Assembly: GCF_006345805.1 (NCBI RefSeq)
Contig: NC_042998.1
Location: 175,150,001-175,214,000 of the forward strand
Length of the DNA stretch: 64,000 bases
Source of the DNA: Octopus sinensis
Taxonomy: Eukaryota
Direction: 5' to 3'
The position numbers were made by a program, and so were the translations under genes. Position 1 is the stretch's first letter, and each line of letters begins with the position of its first letter. Positions 22,680 to 35,872 of this stretch are shown here, in pieces. Under the pieces are notes generated by a model that saw only the letters and a program-made list of their open reading frames with translations, was not told the DNA's origin and did not search any database.

Positions 22680-23900
22680 GTTGCATGTTGGTGAGTGAAT
22701 ATTTGCTAATGAGCCAAATATATTTTATGTAGTGTATCATATCCACATATTTTAGATATACGAGTAGTACTTTAACGTGAGTCACACTTATTTTATAGAT
22801 GGTTAGCAATTGGTCAAAGATTAAGTGTTTGCTGGCTCCAAAGAAGCCTAGACTTTTAGACACAGACTTCGCAGCATTGTGTGTGTGTGTGTGTGTAATC
22901 ATAACATGAAATCATCAGGGATTATAAGGTCTATCATTTATAGCAGCTTTAAAGGTTTTAGGCTGTGTGTTGTCTTTGTACAGAGACAAGACTGTTATAC
23001 TGTGCTACTCTGTTTCTTTCATATGTGTAGTTACTGTGTCTACCGTTGAAAAAAATAATGGTTACTCTGGCCCCTCTGACAACATCTTTAACCCTTTAGT
23101 ATTTAAACCGGCCATATCCGGCCAAAATATTTAATCTGTTTTATGTTCAAACTGATCAGATCCAGGCTCTCACACCTATCCTACAATGTTATTCTATATT
23201 AAGTAATTACACCATCAAGCTCTTGAAGATATGAGATAATGCATGATTAATTCAAATCAATGGGAATCAATAGGCATTATGTTCGATTGAATAATCTGAA
23301 CACTAAAGGGTTAAAGTCTCTGTTTGTCTTAAGAAGTGTAAAATCTGGCATAAGGTTCCTAGTTTATGTGAGGATGACAGCCGTGTGTAGAAGGCTCAAA
23401 AGTTAAGAGTTGTATCATCTTGAAAGAGCATAGGAGTGTGTATACCAGGATATGTTTTTAACTTAGAAAAATCTGGGAGATGTAACCAAGCTTTAAGTAC
23501 ACAAGTTTTTCATAGACTGTGGGTCATAGTGAACCCATCAACACTCATAGTCTGATTGGTGGGTAAGCAATTTAGGAGGCTCCTATATCAGACAGCTGAA
23601 GGCTCTGCTGATGTCAAATACAACAACATAGGTTTTGCTGAAGTTGTAAAGAGCAAGTGAGCATGGATATCTGACCTAAGAGAGCAGGTCTCTATTGACA
23701 GTTTAATAGAAACTGCATATTCTATGTCTGTAGATGAATAACATTTCTCAGTTCCTTCCTTGTATTGTTGTGAGTTAAATCTTGTGGAAGTATTCTACTC
23801 GTTTATTGTTGGTGTGTCTGAAGGCTACCTATTTTCTCCCCAACCCCTGGTTTTAGATTATCAACTGAAAAACTAGGTTATCTTTTAGACTTATAACAAT
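22680..23900 (-). mobile_element. Decayed CR1/Jockey-group LINE RT relic, interrupted by a MITE
   Basis: Minus-strand KTYVVVFDISRAF (cf. VALDISKAFD), HSYA/DDTTL across a frameshift, LGFFGASKHL..QLLTIYK. Confidence 0.65.
23092..23310. mobile_element. TTAA-flanked MITE, family A
   Basis: TTAA+CCCTTTAGT ... ACTAAAGGG+TTAA. Confidence 0.88.
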
Positions 23901-26218
23901 GAGAGGATATGGTTACATTTGTCTATGATTGTATTACTAGATCTACTTAAGAACTCATTGTCTTGCTTCTGCTGTTTATGGGAACTTCACTCATTCATAT
24001 TTCTTACCTGCTGTATTTTTCACTGCATAGTTTCTTTTTCTAATGTTTGCTTTCAACTTGTATTAATATTGCACTAAGCCATGACCATTATCATTATTGT
24101 TAGGTTAACTTGTATATTTCTCAACTGACATGGGTGAAAGTAATCAGTTTGGCTGCTGTAACAGTTATCAAAGGGATCTTCTAGGTACTCTCACTCACTC
24201 ACTTACACACACACACGTTAGTGTATCTGTCTCTACTTAATTATTTCTATTTAATTTCATTAGGGTATACTAGAAATTTATGCAGCCTATTTAGTTATAT
24301 AGTCTTTCTTTATTTCTTTTGTTCCATTCTTGAATAGATAATTTTTGCTTTGTTAAATAATTTTGATTTCAAAAGATCTGTTTCAGAGATGTAATTTACA
24401 TTCTTTTAAATGTTTATAAATCTTAACCAAAGGGTCACTGCCCATAACTTTTGACTATGATAGATAGGCATCATAAATAGCCTGGCTATTGCTTTGTTGT
24501 AAGTCATCTCTATATTTGAAGGCATTCTAGCCATGACAATCTTATCATTTATGTATATCTATTGCTATATTGTCTAATGTGGTCCTTCTTTAAGATGATT
24601 AGGTGTGATTAGAGGAAATGCTGTTTGCTGTTTCTAGTAGATCAACCATCTGCACAGAGATTCTTCATTTACTTGCACAACTAGATTTTATTATTTGAAT
24701 TGCTGCAAGTTCATAACAGTAAAGAGAACTTGCAGTGGTTTGTTATTCTGGAGTGAGCGGTTTGAACAATGTACTTAGCCTTGCATCTAGATTGTGTCTG
24801 ACTGAGCAGACCTATGATCAAAAGTATTCTGGTTACAACATGGTTTATCTCAAGACTACATTATTGATATATCCTTCCATTTTCAAATGATTGAAGAATA
24901 TGATGTGAGGGAAATTTGATGATGAATCCACTGAAATTTGAATAGGAATGAGGCAGGATCTACAGTGAGTTGAGTATGGTTGTTTTGAGGAACTAACTTA
25001 TGGAAGGTATGAAAAAAGCAAACAAAAAGCCAAGAAATTAAATATTGGTGTGTTTTGCTTTAGTCTGCTTAATTTCTTAGACATAGGACTACACTTGCCA
25101 ATGTACCTTTTCATTTTCAAAACAGTAGGGTGTGATTTAAGGGAGAATTGGCTTTTATAAGGTTCCATCAGCTTGTGAATACAGAAACATGATTTGATAT
25201 GAGCATGCAATAGAAGTAGATGATATGGTTTCATTTAAAATGTGGCATAAGCATGAGTGGACCTGAATTCCAGAGGACTGCAATACTGAGGAGGACAGAC
25301 TATGAAAAATGTTTTGTGCAGTGTCTGTGTGATGAGACATGATGAGGGTGACAAAAGGAAAAGTCAGGTTGAGAGTGGAGAAAGTATACAGCTTGCTTGT
25401 TCAGAAAAGTGGAGGCTATTGTGATTGTAAGAGAAGTGGCAGAGAAGCAGCCTCATATCTCATCTGCCAACTAAAGATGTAAGCTTTTTGTGTAACATCA
25501 GTAACTTCATCCCATATGTATGTAAATGAATGTATGCATACAACCATTCAATCTACTGCAGACATGTAGTTTGGTTTCTGTGGGTGATTGTACATACTTT
25601 CTTTCACCTAAAGAGTTTTTTATCTCAAACCTTATGGGCCTTTTTTATGGCTACATTTTCATTTGAGAAACTTCTTAAAAAGACCCATTTTTTAATATTT
25701 TTAATGCTTTGAAGTACAATCTAAAAAGCAATCAAATTTCTTTTCTATCTTGTAAGATTATAGCTTCTAATTTCATAGCTAAAAGCTTGCAAGTCTCTCT
25801 GGTATAGTGGTAACAGACAGGATGGCAATGTTACCACTATTACCATTCTGTCTGTGGCAGATGCGTGATTCAGTTTCTGTGGCTGGTTTTGCCTGCATTT
25901 CTTTTCATCTAAGGGGATTTTATCTTGTTTATTATGATGTATTATTTATAGCTACATTTGCATTTGAGCAACTTTGTAAGGTTATGTGTGTGCAGTACTG
26001 TAATCTGTCTTAACTTTAGCTTTATAGAGGGTCAACATCTGATTGATACTGAATCAATTGGTATATCCTAACCCCATGCAAATGTAGAAGAAAGGAACAT
26101 TATCTGATAATACAAGGTCATGGTGAGAAGAGAGAGCTGTTGTTGTCTAGCCTGATTGAGAAGATCAGACGTAATCAAAAGCATTCCAGCCAGAACTATA
26201 CCATCTTTTTTTAGGGTT

Positions 26219-26251
<33 letters not shown>

Positions 26252-26753
26252 TGGCTACAGTGAGATATGACTAGAAATATTAAGGGAAAGAATGAAGAAA
26301 ACAATTGCCTTACCTTCTTTATTTTAGCCAGTGTGTGTGTGTGTGTGTGCATGCATGCATACATGTATAAAACCAAGAATATCTGACAACAGCTACAACA
26401 ACAAAAACAAATGGTGTCTACATATAGATTCCTGGAGATGAAAGAGAATTTAATGAGCAGGAAGTAGCAAATGTTTGTGGATTTATTCTCTCTCCTCTGG
26501 CTTTCTCTGAATCTCCTCCTCTCTTTCTCTCTCTCTCTTCTATCTCCCTATCACTGTGAAGTGGGGTTTTTTGGGATTTTTTTTTTTTTCTCAACTTAAA
26601 AATAACCATTTAGGATTTTAAGAAAAATGTTAGGAGAGCAATTAAGTTTCTTTTAAAAGACCAAATGACATCCAGATGTTTCGTTGCATAATTAATTGGT
26701 AGAAATTTCTCCTAACTTTCTGTCATTCTCTCTACTTAGTACATGACTCATTA

Positions 26754-26789
<36 letters not shown>

Positions 26790-28189
26790 GGTTTCTTGTT
26801 GATTTTGTCTGTATGCAATTACTATGTAGCTAGAATTATAGACTCTCATACAGATTTTGGTAATTATTAATTGTAAAATACTCCAGACACTAGACAATCT
26901 ATGTACCTACACACATATTGACATCTGTATATATATTTCCACTCAAATATATATATGTATATATTTCCAAAAGACTTCATTATCTTTCACCTCAGTACCT
27001 TCTACTTTCAACACACCCCAGAAATATTGCATGAATGTATTTTCAATTATAGTATACATTCTGTATCATTTGTTCATGGGTATTAAGTGAATAGAAGATG
27101 TAGATATAAGTCAGATTTGTACGCTTGTTAATTTACATCAATTGTAAAACTATATAATTAAATTTTTTTTTTATTTCATTGTGACTTCCAGAAAAATTTC
27201 CTATTTTGTTATAGATATATATGCTTATGTGTATCTGTCTCCATAAATGCACTCAAACATGAAGAAATATTAATATACAGTCTTTGAACTATAATTGTGT
27301 ACGTAATATGTGTACCGTATTTTCCAGCATACAAGTTGATATATATACTGTAAACATACAAACACCACTATCTTTCCAAATCCTACTGCATTTCACATGG
27401 AATTTTTGGTCCTCCAATGTTGCCTTGGTGAATATTTGATTTGCATGCTCTATACAGTATCTGTATTCACATGCACTCATGTGTACATGCGTGCATGCGT
27501 AACAGAGAGACAGAGACAAAAGATATAAAAATTACTTGAAAGGGGAAATATGTTAAAAATTCTGGTTCAAGCCACAATCGCTCATACTAAGTATAACAGG
27601 ACTGTTTTTAGAGAAGTTCTCTTTGGTGAGAGACAGCTTTGCTTACTACTGTTATTCTTCATTTCTTTATTTCCACCTCACAATTAGCGAATGGGATGTC
27701 AGAATGACCTTGAAGCTATGAAGCTCACTCATCCTACCCCTTCCACTGATGTTAGGAAGTCCTTCATTCACAAGAGTATTGGCATGTGGCTTGTAAAAGA
27801 AGTAAAACAAAGGGTGTCTTTTTGGTTGGTGTATTCACAATACATGAAGGCAGTTCTGCCATTGCTTAAAGCAGTGATCCTGAAATGGTGCACCATAGTG
27901 CATTGATGTACTGCAAAGAGTATCTAAGTGTTCCCTGGGGTTTTTTTTAGATATAGTTTAAGGCTTTACAAAATTCACACTACTGCTTAGACAACCTGAA
28001 AAACAAATATGTATTTCTAGTGTAATTAAACAAGAGAATTATATTTCGTTTTTGGATTTGGTTTGCTAGACTCTTAATGTGAGTTTGTGTGTTGAAGCAT
28101 ACTCTATTGTGTCTGGGGAGAGTCATTTTCTTTTTTATCCTTATAATTTAACACACTATTTTTCTGTGGAGAAATGCATTCAGGTAATC

Positions 28190-29725
28190 TTTGAGAGTGA
28201 GGTGAAATTCCATAAGGTCAACACGAGGGAACTGGGCCTCCTCCTCAGACTATGCTATGACAGTAACTATTTAAATGACCATGACCTCAGTAGATTCTGC
28301 CCCACCAGGTCACAGAGGGGAAGACAACTCACCATCATTTCAGCAGTGAAAAAAAGCACCACAGAGTGCTGGAGTGGCTGGACTGCACCCACCCAAAACC
28401 CTGAGAACAACAATCAGGTGAAAGAAATGATTGCACATGCAATAGAGGCCAGTGTAAAAACCACCTTGAAGAACCCTCATAGTAAAGTTTAACAAAAGAC
28501 TATACATGCAGGTTCAAGGTGCAGCCATCGGTGCAGCCATCGGTGTTGGTGTAGCTGGAGATGTGACTGGCCTCTTCATGACCTGGTGGGACAGAAAACT
28601 TAAACAAATGTTAGCAGAACAGTTCACTACTCTACAGTAGATATGTAGATGACATTAATATAATAGTAAGGACCAACTCTAGTGACGGTAATGTAGAAAC
28701 TGAGAAGAACGTAATGGAGAGCATCCAGCAAATAGCTAACTCCATCCACCAAAGTATCAAAGTAACTATAGATTACCCCACTAAGCACCCCAACAATAGA
28801 CTCCCTGTACTTGATACTGAAATTTGGTTAGAGACTGTGAACAATAGAGTGCAGCTCCTCCATTCCTATTACATGAAACCCGTAACTTCAAAATATGTTG
28901 TTCACAAGAACTCAGCTTTGTCACACAACATGAAAATTAACATACTGATAGCAGACTTAGAATAATGAACAATGTGTCCTCACTATGCAAACCCTATGAA
29001 ATGAAAAAACATATACAGAACTTCATGCAGTTCTCTGGATATGATCAGAAAGATAGGGTTCGAGTATACAGGGGGGCTAGAAAGAAATTAGACAACATTA
29101 TATGTAATGATATCAATGGTACCTGTCCTAGATATAGAAACAAAGAATGGAATAGGATACAAAGAACTTGTGACAAAGCAAACAGGGTGAACATGTATAA
29201 AACCGATAAATATCAAGGAGTGATGTTTGTAGAAGTCACAGCCCATGGAGAACTAGCCTGTAGCTTTAGAAAAGCTCCGAAGGAGACCAAATTCAACATT
29301 AAGATTGTTGAAAAGCCATGGAACTCTGTCAGATCACAACTATGTAGGACGTACCCCTTTGAGAATATACCATATGCACCAATAATAACTGCATGGTATG
29401 TAGGATTAGCCCTGGCATTAACTGTAGAACTTGAAATGTAGTTTACAGCATAAGATGCATAGACGGTGCTTTTAAAGACATGAACATGACATACATGGAG
29501 GAGACATCTAAGAGCATTGCAGAACGGCTAAATGAACATGAGACAATATGACGACAAAAAACAGTCCTCCAAACTCTACCAACATGCCAAAGACCACCAT
29601 GGAGGCAACTTGGGTCAACTTGACATCCGCATCTTATCCAAGCACCCAAAAGACCCAACACTCAGACAAATACGGGAGTACGTCCTTATAAATGAAACCT
29701 CCCCAATACTAAATAGGAAATATAC
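28190..29725 (+). mobile_element. Decayed Penelope-like element (RT + GIY-YIG endonuclease), frameshifted
   Basis: QGAAIG..GLFMTWWD, IDYPTKHPNNRLPVLDTEIW..YYMKP..SAL..KINILI (PLE RT/thumb); YMEETSKSIAERLNEH, SKLYQHAKDHH, LRQIREYVLI..LNRK (GIY-YIG). Confidence 0.88.
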
Positions 29726-29889
29726 ATAGTAGATATCATACCTCCATACCCACAGTTTACACAGGTAGAGTAGAATAGTGAGTGGGCTGTTATGTAGATA
29801 GATGTATGTGTGTGTGTGTGTGTTTGGGTATATATGTGTATATGCACATGTATGTAAGCATATGGATATGAAAATAAAGAGATCAACAT

Positions 29890-30105
29890 ACAGACGGATG
29901 GCACAAGGTCAGCAAATTTAGTGGGAGGGTGAAGTTGATTACATCCCCCCCCCCATACTCAACTGATACTTGTTTTATCAACCCCAAAAGGATGAAAGTT
30001 AAGTTGACCTTGATGGAATTTGAACTGAGAATGTAAAAAGCCAGGAGAAAGCAATTAAGCATTTTTACCTGACATGCAAATGATTCTACAAGCTCACCAC
30101 ATTAG
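29890..30105 (-). mobile_element. OK/Meta-type SINE, old copy
   Basis: ACCCCAAAAGGATGAAAGTTAAGTTGACCTTGATGGAATTTGAAC. Confidence 0.75.
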
Positions 30106-30169
30106 TAATAATAATAATAATAATACACCCCATTTTAAAATCCTATTTCACCTATTTTATCAATCATCA

Positions 30170-30510
30170 TCAGCATCATCATCATTTAGCATCCACTTTC
30201 CATGGGTTGGATGATTTGACTGAGGACTAGCGAACCAGATGGCTGCACCAGGCTCCAATCTGTTCTGGCAGAGTTTCTACAGCTGGATGCCCTTCCTAAC
30301 ACCAACCACTCTGAGAGTATAGTGGGTGCTTTTACATGCCACTGGCATGAGGGCCAGTCAGACAGTACTGGCAATGGCCACGCTCAAATGGTGGTTTTTT
30401 TTACGTGCCACCTGCACAGGAGTCAGTACAGTGGCACTGCTCGAATGTTTTGTTCATGTGCCACCAGCACAAGTGTCAGTAAGGCGACGCTGGTAATGAT
30501 TACACTCAAA
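30170..30510 (-). mobile_element. RTE 3' UTR fragment with about three tandem modules
   Basis: (CAT)n tail and homology to 57791-58190. Confidence 0.88.
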
Positions 30511-31589
30511 TCCAACAGCAAAAATAGTGATGGTATCATTTTATCACACATGCTCCAATTATGTGTCACAAATCCTAGAGTGCTAAAGTTATAGTGCACT
30601 GATTAAATCGTTATCTTTCTATGCCTACCACCTTTTATCATGTAAGAACCAAATTAACTACAAAAATATGCAATATGCAATATGCTTTGGCTGCCGTCCT
30701 TCTCAACATACCGTAGCTGCTATATCCAGTGAAGCTTGCCTTTACTGTTGCATTATACTCTTTACAACATTTAACATGGTTTCATTGACATGTTATCTTA
30801 CACATCAAAATATGAGACTGAATTATTGAAAAGCTAAGGTCCTTCTATACAGTCTCTCAGTCTGCTAGACTTCTTTCAGGTTTCTTTCAAACAGCCCCTT
30901 TTCATTTCCAAACATAAGGAAAACATTAAAAAATTCACCCCTACAAACAATATGAGAGATAAAAAGATAATATAGTTACAGCTGGAATATTGGTCAATAC
31001 AAAAATTTTTTTAAAAGCCAGATCAATAAGTCATTGACTTTGTACAATACAGACATCTTGAACATCCAACTGAAAGCAGCATCCCAGCACAAAACTTAAC
31101 AAACAAGCAGACAATACAATCATCAAAATCTCAAGATAACAATAAAATTTAACACAGAAAACTGAAACAACCATCATTATAATTATTACAATTCACACTT
31201 CTAATAACAATACTGCTACATATATATAGTGAAACTACCTGATTTTCCACAAAATATGCAACAACACATAGCCAGCGTACAAAATGTAGCCAAAGCGCAC
31301 TAAAATGCAATAATAATAGCCTAAAAATAACCACAACTAAAAATAAAGTTTATTACAATTGCACTTAACATTTGTATTGTAATGATACAAGGAAAAAAAG
31401 CTATGAGCTCAACACAAGAATATTTGGATTTCTAATTATATCTGGATAAAGTAAAACATGTCAGAATAAACTGCAGCATATAGTTATATCCTTTATATTG
31501 TTCAAATCTTTCCAAGATTCATTTTCCTTTTCATCTTTCTGGAACCAATAAAATAAGTACCAACCAAGGATTGAAACAATTTACTGTTG

Positions 31590-31965
31590 GCTTATGAGTA
31601 CAGTGAAAGCTATGTATGGAGATACTATCAACAAGTTAAGGGTTAACAAATTCAGTTGGAATTTAACATGCAAGTATCTATCAGTTCTTATGATCACTTG
31701 GATTACCCAGACTGTTGGCGGTCATCTTTTCATCACCACTGGTCATAGCACACTGTCCATTCCTCTCTGGATCATGCCTTCCTCATCTTATCATACTCAT
31801 GATTATTATTATAGCTTTCCAGACTATAACAGAAGAGTTTAAAATCAACTGTCCATGGTAACTTTCGTATGCTTGTGACTTAATTTTTATACCTGAATCT
31901 GCTGCAGAATTTAATTTTAGAAGAAATTCCAAACATAGAAGCAAAATCTAGAATTGGAAGGCCTT
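31590..31965 (+). mobile_element. Old RTE RT fragments
   Basis: LMSTVKAMYGDTINKLRV and ..KKFQT..QNLELEGL resemble RTE RT segments. Confidence 0.5.
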
Positions 31966-32435
31966 AAATCCGCTTTCCATGCTAGCATGAGTTGGACAGT
32001 TTGACTGAGGACTGGTGAACCAGAGGCTGCACCAGGCTCAATCTGATCTGGCAAAGTTTCTACAGCTGGATGCCCCTCCTAATGCCAATGACTCGAAGAG
32101 TGTAGTAGGTGCTTTTACGTACCGCCGGCAAGAGGGCCAGTCAGGCGGTTCTGGCAATGACCATGCTCAAAAGGTATTTTTACGTGTTACCTGCATGAGA
32201 GCCAGTCTGGTGGCACAGGCAACAACCACGCTTGAATGTTGTTTTTCACGTGCCACCGGCACATGTGCTGGTAAGGCGATACTGGCAACAATCACACTCG
32301 AATGGTGCTTTTCATGCATCACCGGCACAGGAGCCAATCCATGGCCCTGGCAACAATCACGCTCAGATGTGCTTTTAACGTTCCACTGGCACAGGTGCCA
32401 ATCAGGCGGTACTGTCATCGGCCACGTGAGCGATT
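31966..32435 (-). mobile_element. RTE 3' UTR fragment with five or more tandem modules
   Basis: Module heads near 32114, 32179, 32245, 32310, 32374. Confidence 0.88.
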
Positions 32436-33021
32436 TTGATTTGTTTAATTGTAATGAATAATAAAGTTGTACTTTATTTGTTCCTCATCTTCTTATATGT
32501 GTGAGTAGGTAGGTTTCATAAAATGATGATGATGATATACAAATATGGAGACCTTGTTTTATTGGATCACCACAGAAAATTCTCATGTTTTTCCTATAAG
32601 TTATTGGTCTACAAATGTTTATGCTGAACTTCAACCACATGAGTCTTACCAAGCAGGAAATCTCTTAAAACTTCACCTTCTCCACTGAATAACTAATAGC
32701 AAACATATTTATTTTGTTGCCCAATTCCCTAAAGATGTTCACTGATTTGTTGTATAAATATACGAACAAACTAAAACTTCTAAGTGGCTTCATAGATTGG
32801 TGAAATAATGTTTGCTTGTATATATGTGTGTACCTATATGTGTAAAGACACAGACGCATACCTACATCACAGTGTGTGTAAGTAATCACACATACACACA
32901 CATGCATACATTCATACATCAGTGTGGCTAATTTTGTACTAGTTTTGCAAAGCTGCTATTTTGGCATGTTACATGTCAATTATTTAAATATAAAGCATAG
33001 ATGGATGGGGAAATCTCCCTT

Positions 33022-33059
<38 letters not shown>

Positions 33060-34329
33060 GTGCTTAACGCATATACATATATACCTTGAACAGTTTTGTA
33101 CATGTTTATATATTAACCACTATCTCTACCCCTTCTTCTGCACATGTGTGTGAATCTGTGTACTTCAGTCAAAGACACACACATACACACTTCTATATTT
33201 CTATAAATATGTAGCATACTGGTCTCATGATTCACAGAAAATATCAAAAGTCTCATGCTATAAATAAAAATATGTTGTACAGGATGGAAAAAAAATTTGT
33301 TTTAGAAAGTATATACAAATGTTTATTTTATTCTCATTTTTTAATTGCTTGTTTTAAAGTTTTCCCCAGAAAACTTGCCTTTTTCTAACCAAAAAGGCAT
33401 TTAAGCCACACATATTAAAAGCAAATGGCTAACCAACACTTCACATAAATGGCCAAATAAAGGATGACATTTTCTTTACACAAAACTGTGAGTCACAATG
33501 TTATTAAGTATTAAATGTTGAGAAACTTTCATTGATGTGTATGTGTGTGTGTGTGCATTTGTGTTTGTGTGTATGACCAAGGTAGAGAGAAATATAGAAA
33601 GAGGAAAATAAAGCATATATATAAAACATGTAGTGAATTATGTGGTGGGAAAATGTGAGATGGGATGTTTAGGAGATAATGACTGGGAGAAAGTAATTTT
33701 GTCATTTGAAGATTAATAATGTAAAACAAGAGAGATGCTACAGGGTCTCTGGGCCAGGAGATTAAATGTGGCAAAGTCTGTATGTGTCTAAGTCTATGTA
33801 AGGGTGGGTAAGTATATGTATTTGTGTGTGTATGTGTGTGCTTCAAGAGGGAAAGAGCTCTCAATACTTAAGATAAAGTTTATATTAATAAGTTACCTCA
33901 GGCATCTATTATATCTATACTCTATAGACAATTCGATGAGGGAAGTCACTTCATGACTGGTTGACCTGCTTAAGTAGCAGCCAAATGATGCTCAAATTAC
34001 ATTCCACCTTAAAAATGGAAGGATGTAGTTTTATATATTCTCCCCAAAAGCTGACATGGGAGATGGCTGGGAATCCTTTGACCAAATGTCTTCTCAATCA
34101 CATTTGACCGGGTGTTATATAAACAACACCATAGAGAAACTTGATAGCATGAAAACCTTTTTTTTTATGTTCTAAAATAAGAAAATGTCCAAAAAATTTT
34201 AACTTTAAATGAACAAATTAAGATGTGAAGTGTTATCATTCAAAATACAATTATAAGGGCTACGTGTGCCTTAATTACTCTTCTATTTTAATTAGTATTA
34301 AAATTTGACGTAATGGACTTCCCAGAAAT

Positions 34330-34930
34330 CATTTTTTGCAGTCCAGTAGACAGCTGTCATTGGAGTCCTTGGCCTCCTCAGTCTACCTGTTCAACTAATT
34401 TGGCCTGGTATTATTGACACTGCATTTTAATGCTACACTCTAGTCCAGATGTAAATTTGTAGTGTTAAGAATTGTAGTTTTATTTTTCTATGTAGATCTT
34501 TACAATCTGATATTGGTTATTGTCAGTTTCCATTGATCCTGGACTGCTTTGATGATTTCTGAAAACCTAGCATTTCTTCTCTATTGGATGGCATGATATC
34601 TTTCATTTGATCCCACTACTCCATTTATCTTGATATTGGATCTGCAAGAATTAAGAATCTATTGCACATGAACATCTTGAACTGGACCTATATTAAGACA
34701 TGCTTCAATTTGCTGGTTTCAAATAGATTAGACATAGTTTCCTTATTTTTCTCTATCTTGATCTTTATCATGAACTTTTCTGCAGCACACATACACTAGA
34801 CACTGCTCCATAATACACTCATATATTTAGCAATATGGTTGATCTGCATTTTGGTTTTGTGACCATTTGATGTCCAGGTGAGTCACTGAGTGAACAGTGT
34901 TCTCCCAAATTTTTGTTTTGTTTATAGTGC
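34330..34930 (-). mobile_element. Old RTE-superfamily endonuclease relic
   Basis: Minus-strand VT.WTSNGHKTKMQINHIA resembles the APE motif TWxSP..TxNQIDHI. Confidence 0.5.
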
Positions 34931-35089
34931 AATATTGCACAAGACATTCACCTATATCAGTTCTCTTGCCATAAGAGTGTGCTACTAGGGTTGTTATGAC
35001 ATGGTATTTTATCCAACAGATTTTGTAAAATGGTGTACTTGTCTATATCATACATGTTTATTATGAGGAGTATACTTTGTTTCTGTTGT

Positions 35090-35285
35090 TTAGTCTCAAG
35101 TCAGCTCTGATCAAGTAGATCTATAAACAAAGCATTACGACCATGACCAACTCAACTTTTTTTTCTCAAGCATCATGTATCTCAGACTATTCTGTTCGGT
35201 GTACTCTGTTTTTAAAAAAAACCGTAAGGTGTAATTCGAAGGAGATTTAGTTGATATTTCTTGTGGGCCAAGCAGTCTCATGGAG
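35090..35285 (+). repeat. Abundant unclassified interspersed repeat (further copies ~24530, 37220, 40670, 48100; reversed ~33950, 50330, 63660)
   Basis: Shared motifs GATCAAAG..ATTCCAGC and GGTGTGATTTGAGGGAGATTTGG...ATTTCTAGCAG. Confidence 0.65.
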
Positions 35286-35694
35286 GTTTCCACATGGATT
35301 GTCGGTATGAGACAAATCTTACTGTCAGTAGGTCCTCAGTTACCAATGTCCATTTATCAAGTGTATAAAATGTCTGTCAGTGATGAGAGCAACACTGTTA
35401 TGAACAATTGATCTTGTTTCCTGCTGAGAATTTAATTGACCCTAACAAACCTCACCACATCCCATTTATAGATCTCTTTGACGTGTACCATTGTTAATGT
35501 TTGGAAGATCATTCTGAGGTTCCAATAAATAAATCCTGCCTCCATCTCTGCAATACAGTGTCGTTTTGGCAAAGAATTTAATCCATAATAATGTATTAGT
35601 GCTAAAGCAATTGCATTTAGGTGTCATTGTAAATATTAAAGGAAGATACTTTGATGTATTCACTTTTATTTTATTATTATTTTGTTATAATTGT

Positions 35695-35872
35695 TGGGCC
35701 TCACAGAGGCAATGATAAATGTCCAAGACCTTTGGCAATATGCCATGCTTGAGAAGACCCATCAAGCCAAGTGAAATCATAGTCGTGGCAGATACTGGGG
35801 TCATGCAACTGGTACTTGTGCCAGTGGAATGTAAAAGCACTCATTACACTGTTGGAGTGGTTGTGTTATTGT
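35695..35872 (+). mobile_element. RTE-type 3' region fragment
   Basis: GTGCCAGTGGAATGTAAAAGCACTCATTACACTGTTGGAGTGGTTG matches the RTE tail. Confidence 0.65.

Noticed and set aside
31342-31354. Palindromic AATAAA-G-TTTATT as a bidirectional poly(A) signal
   Set aside because: Common by chance in AT-rich DNA; no transcript evidence
32100-32435. Regularly spaced repeats suggesting a CRISPR array
   Set aside because: Whole units are homologous (no unique spacers), they lie in a LINE 3' UTR, the host is eukaryotic and no cas genes are present
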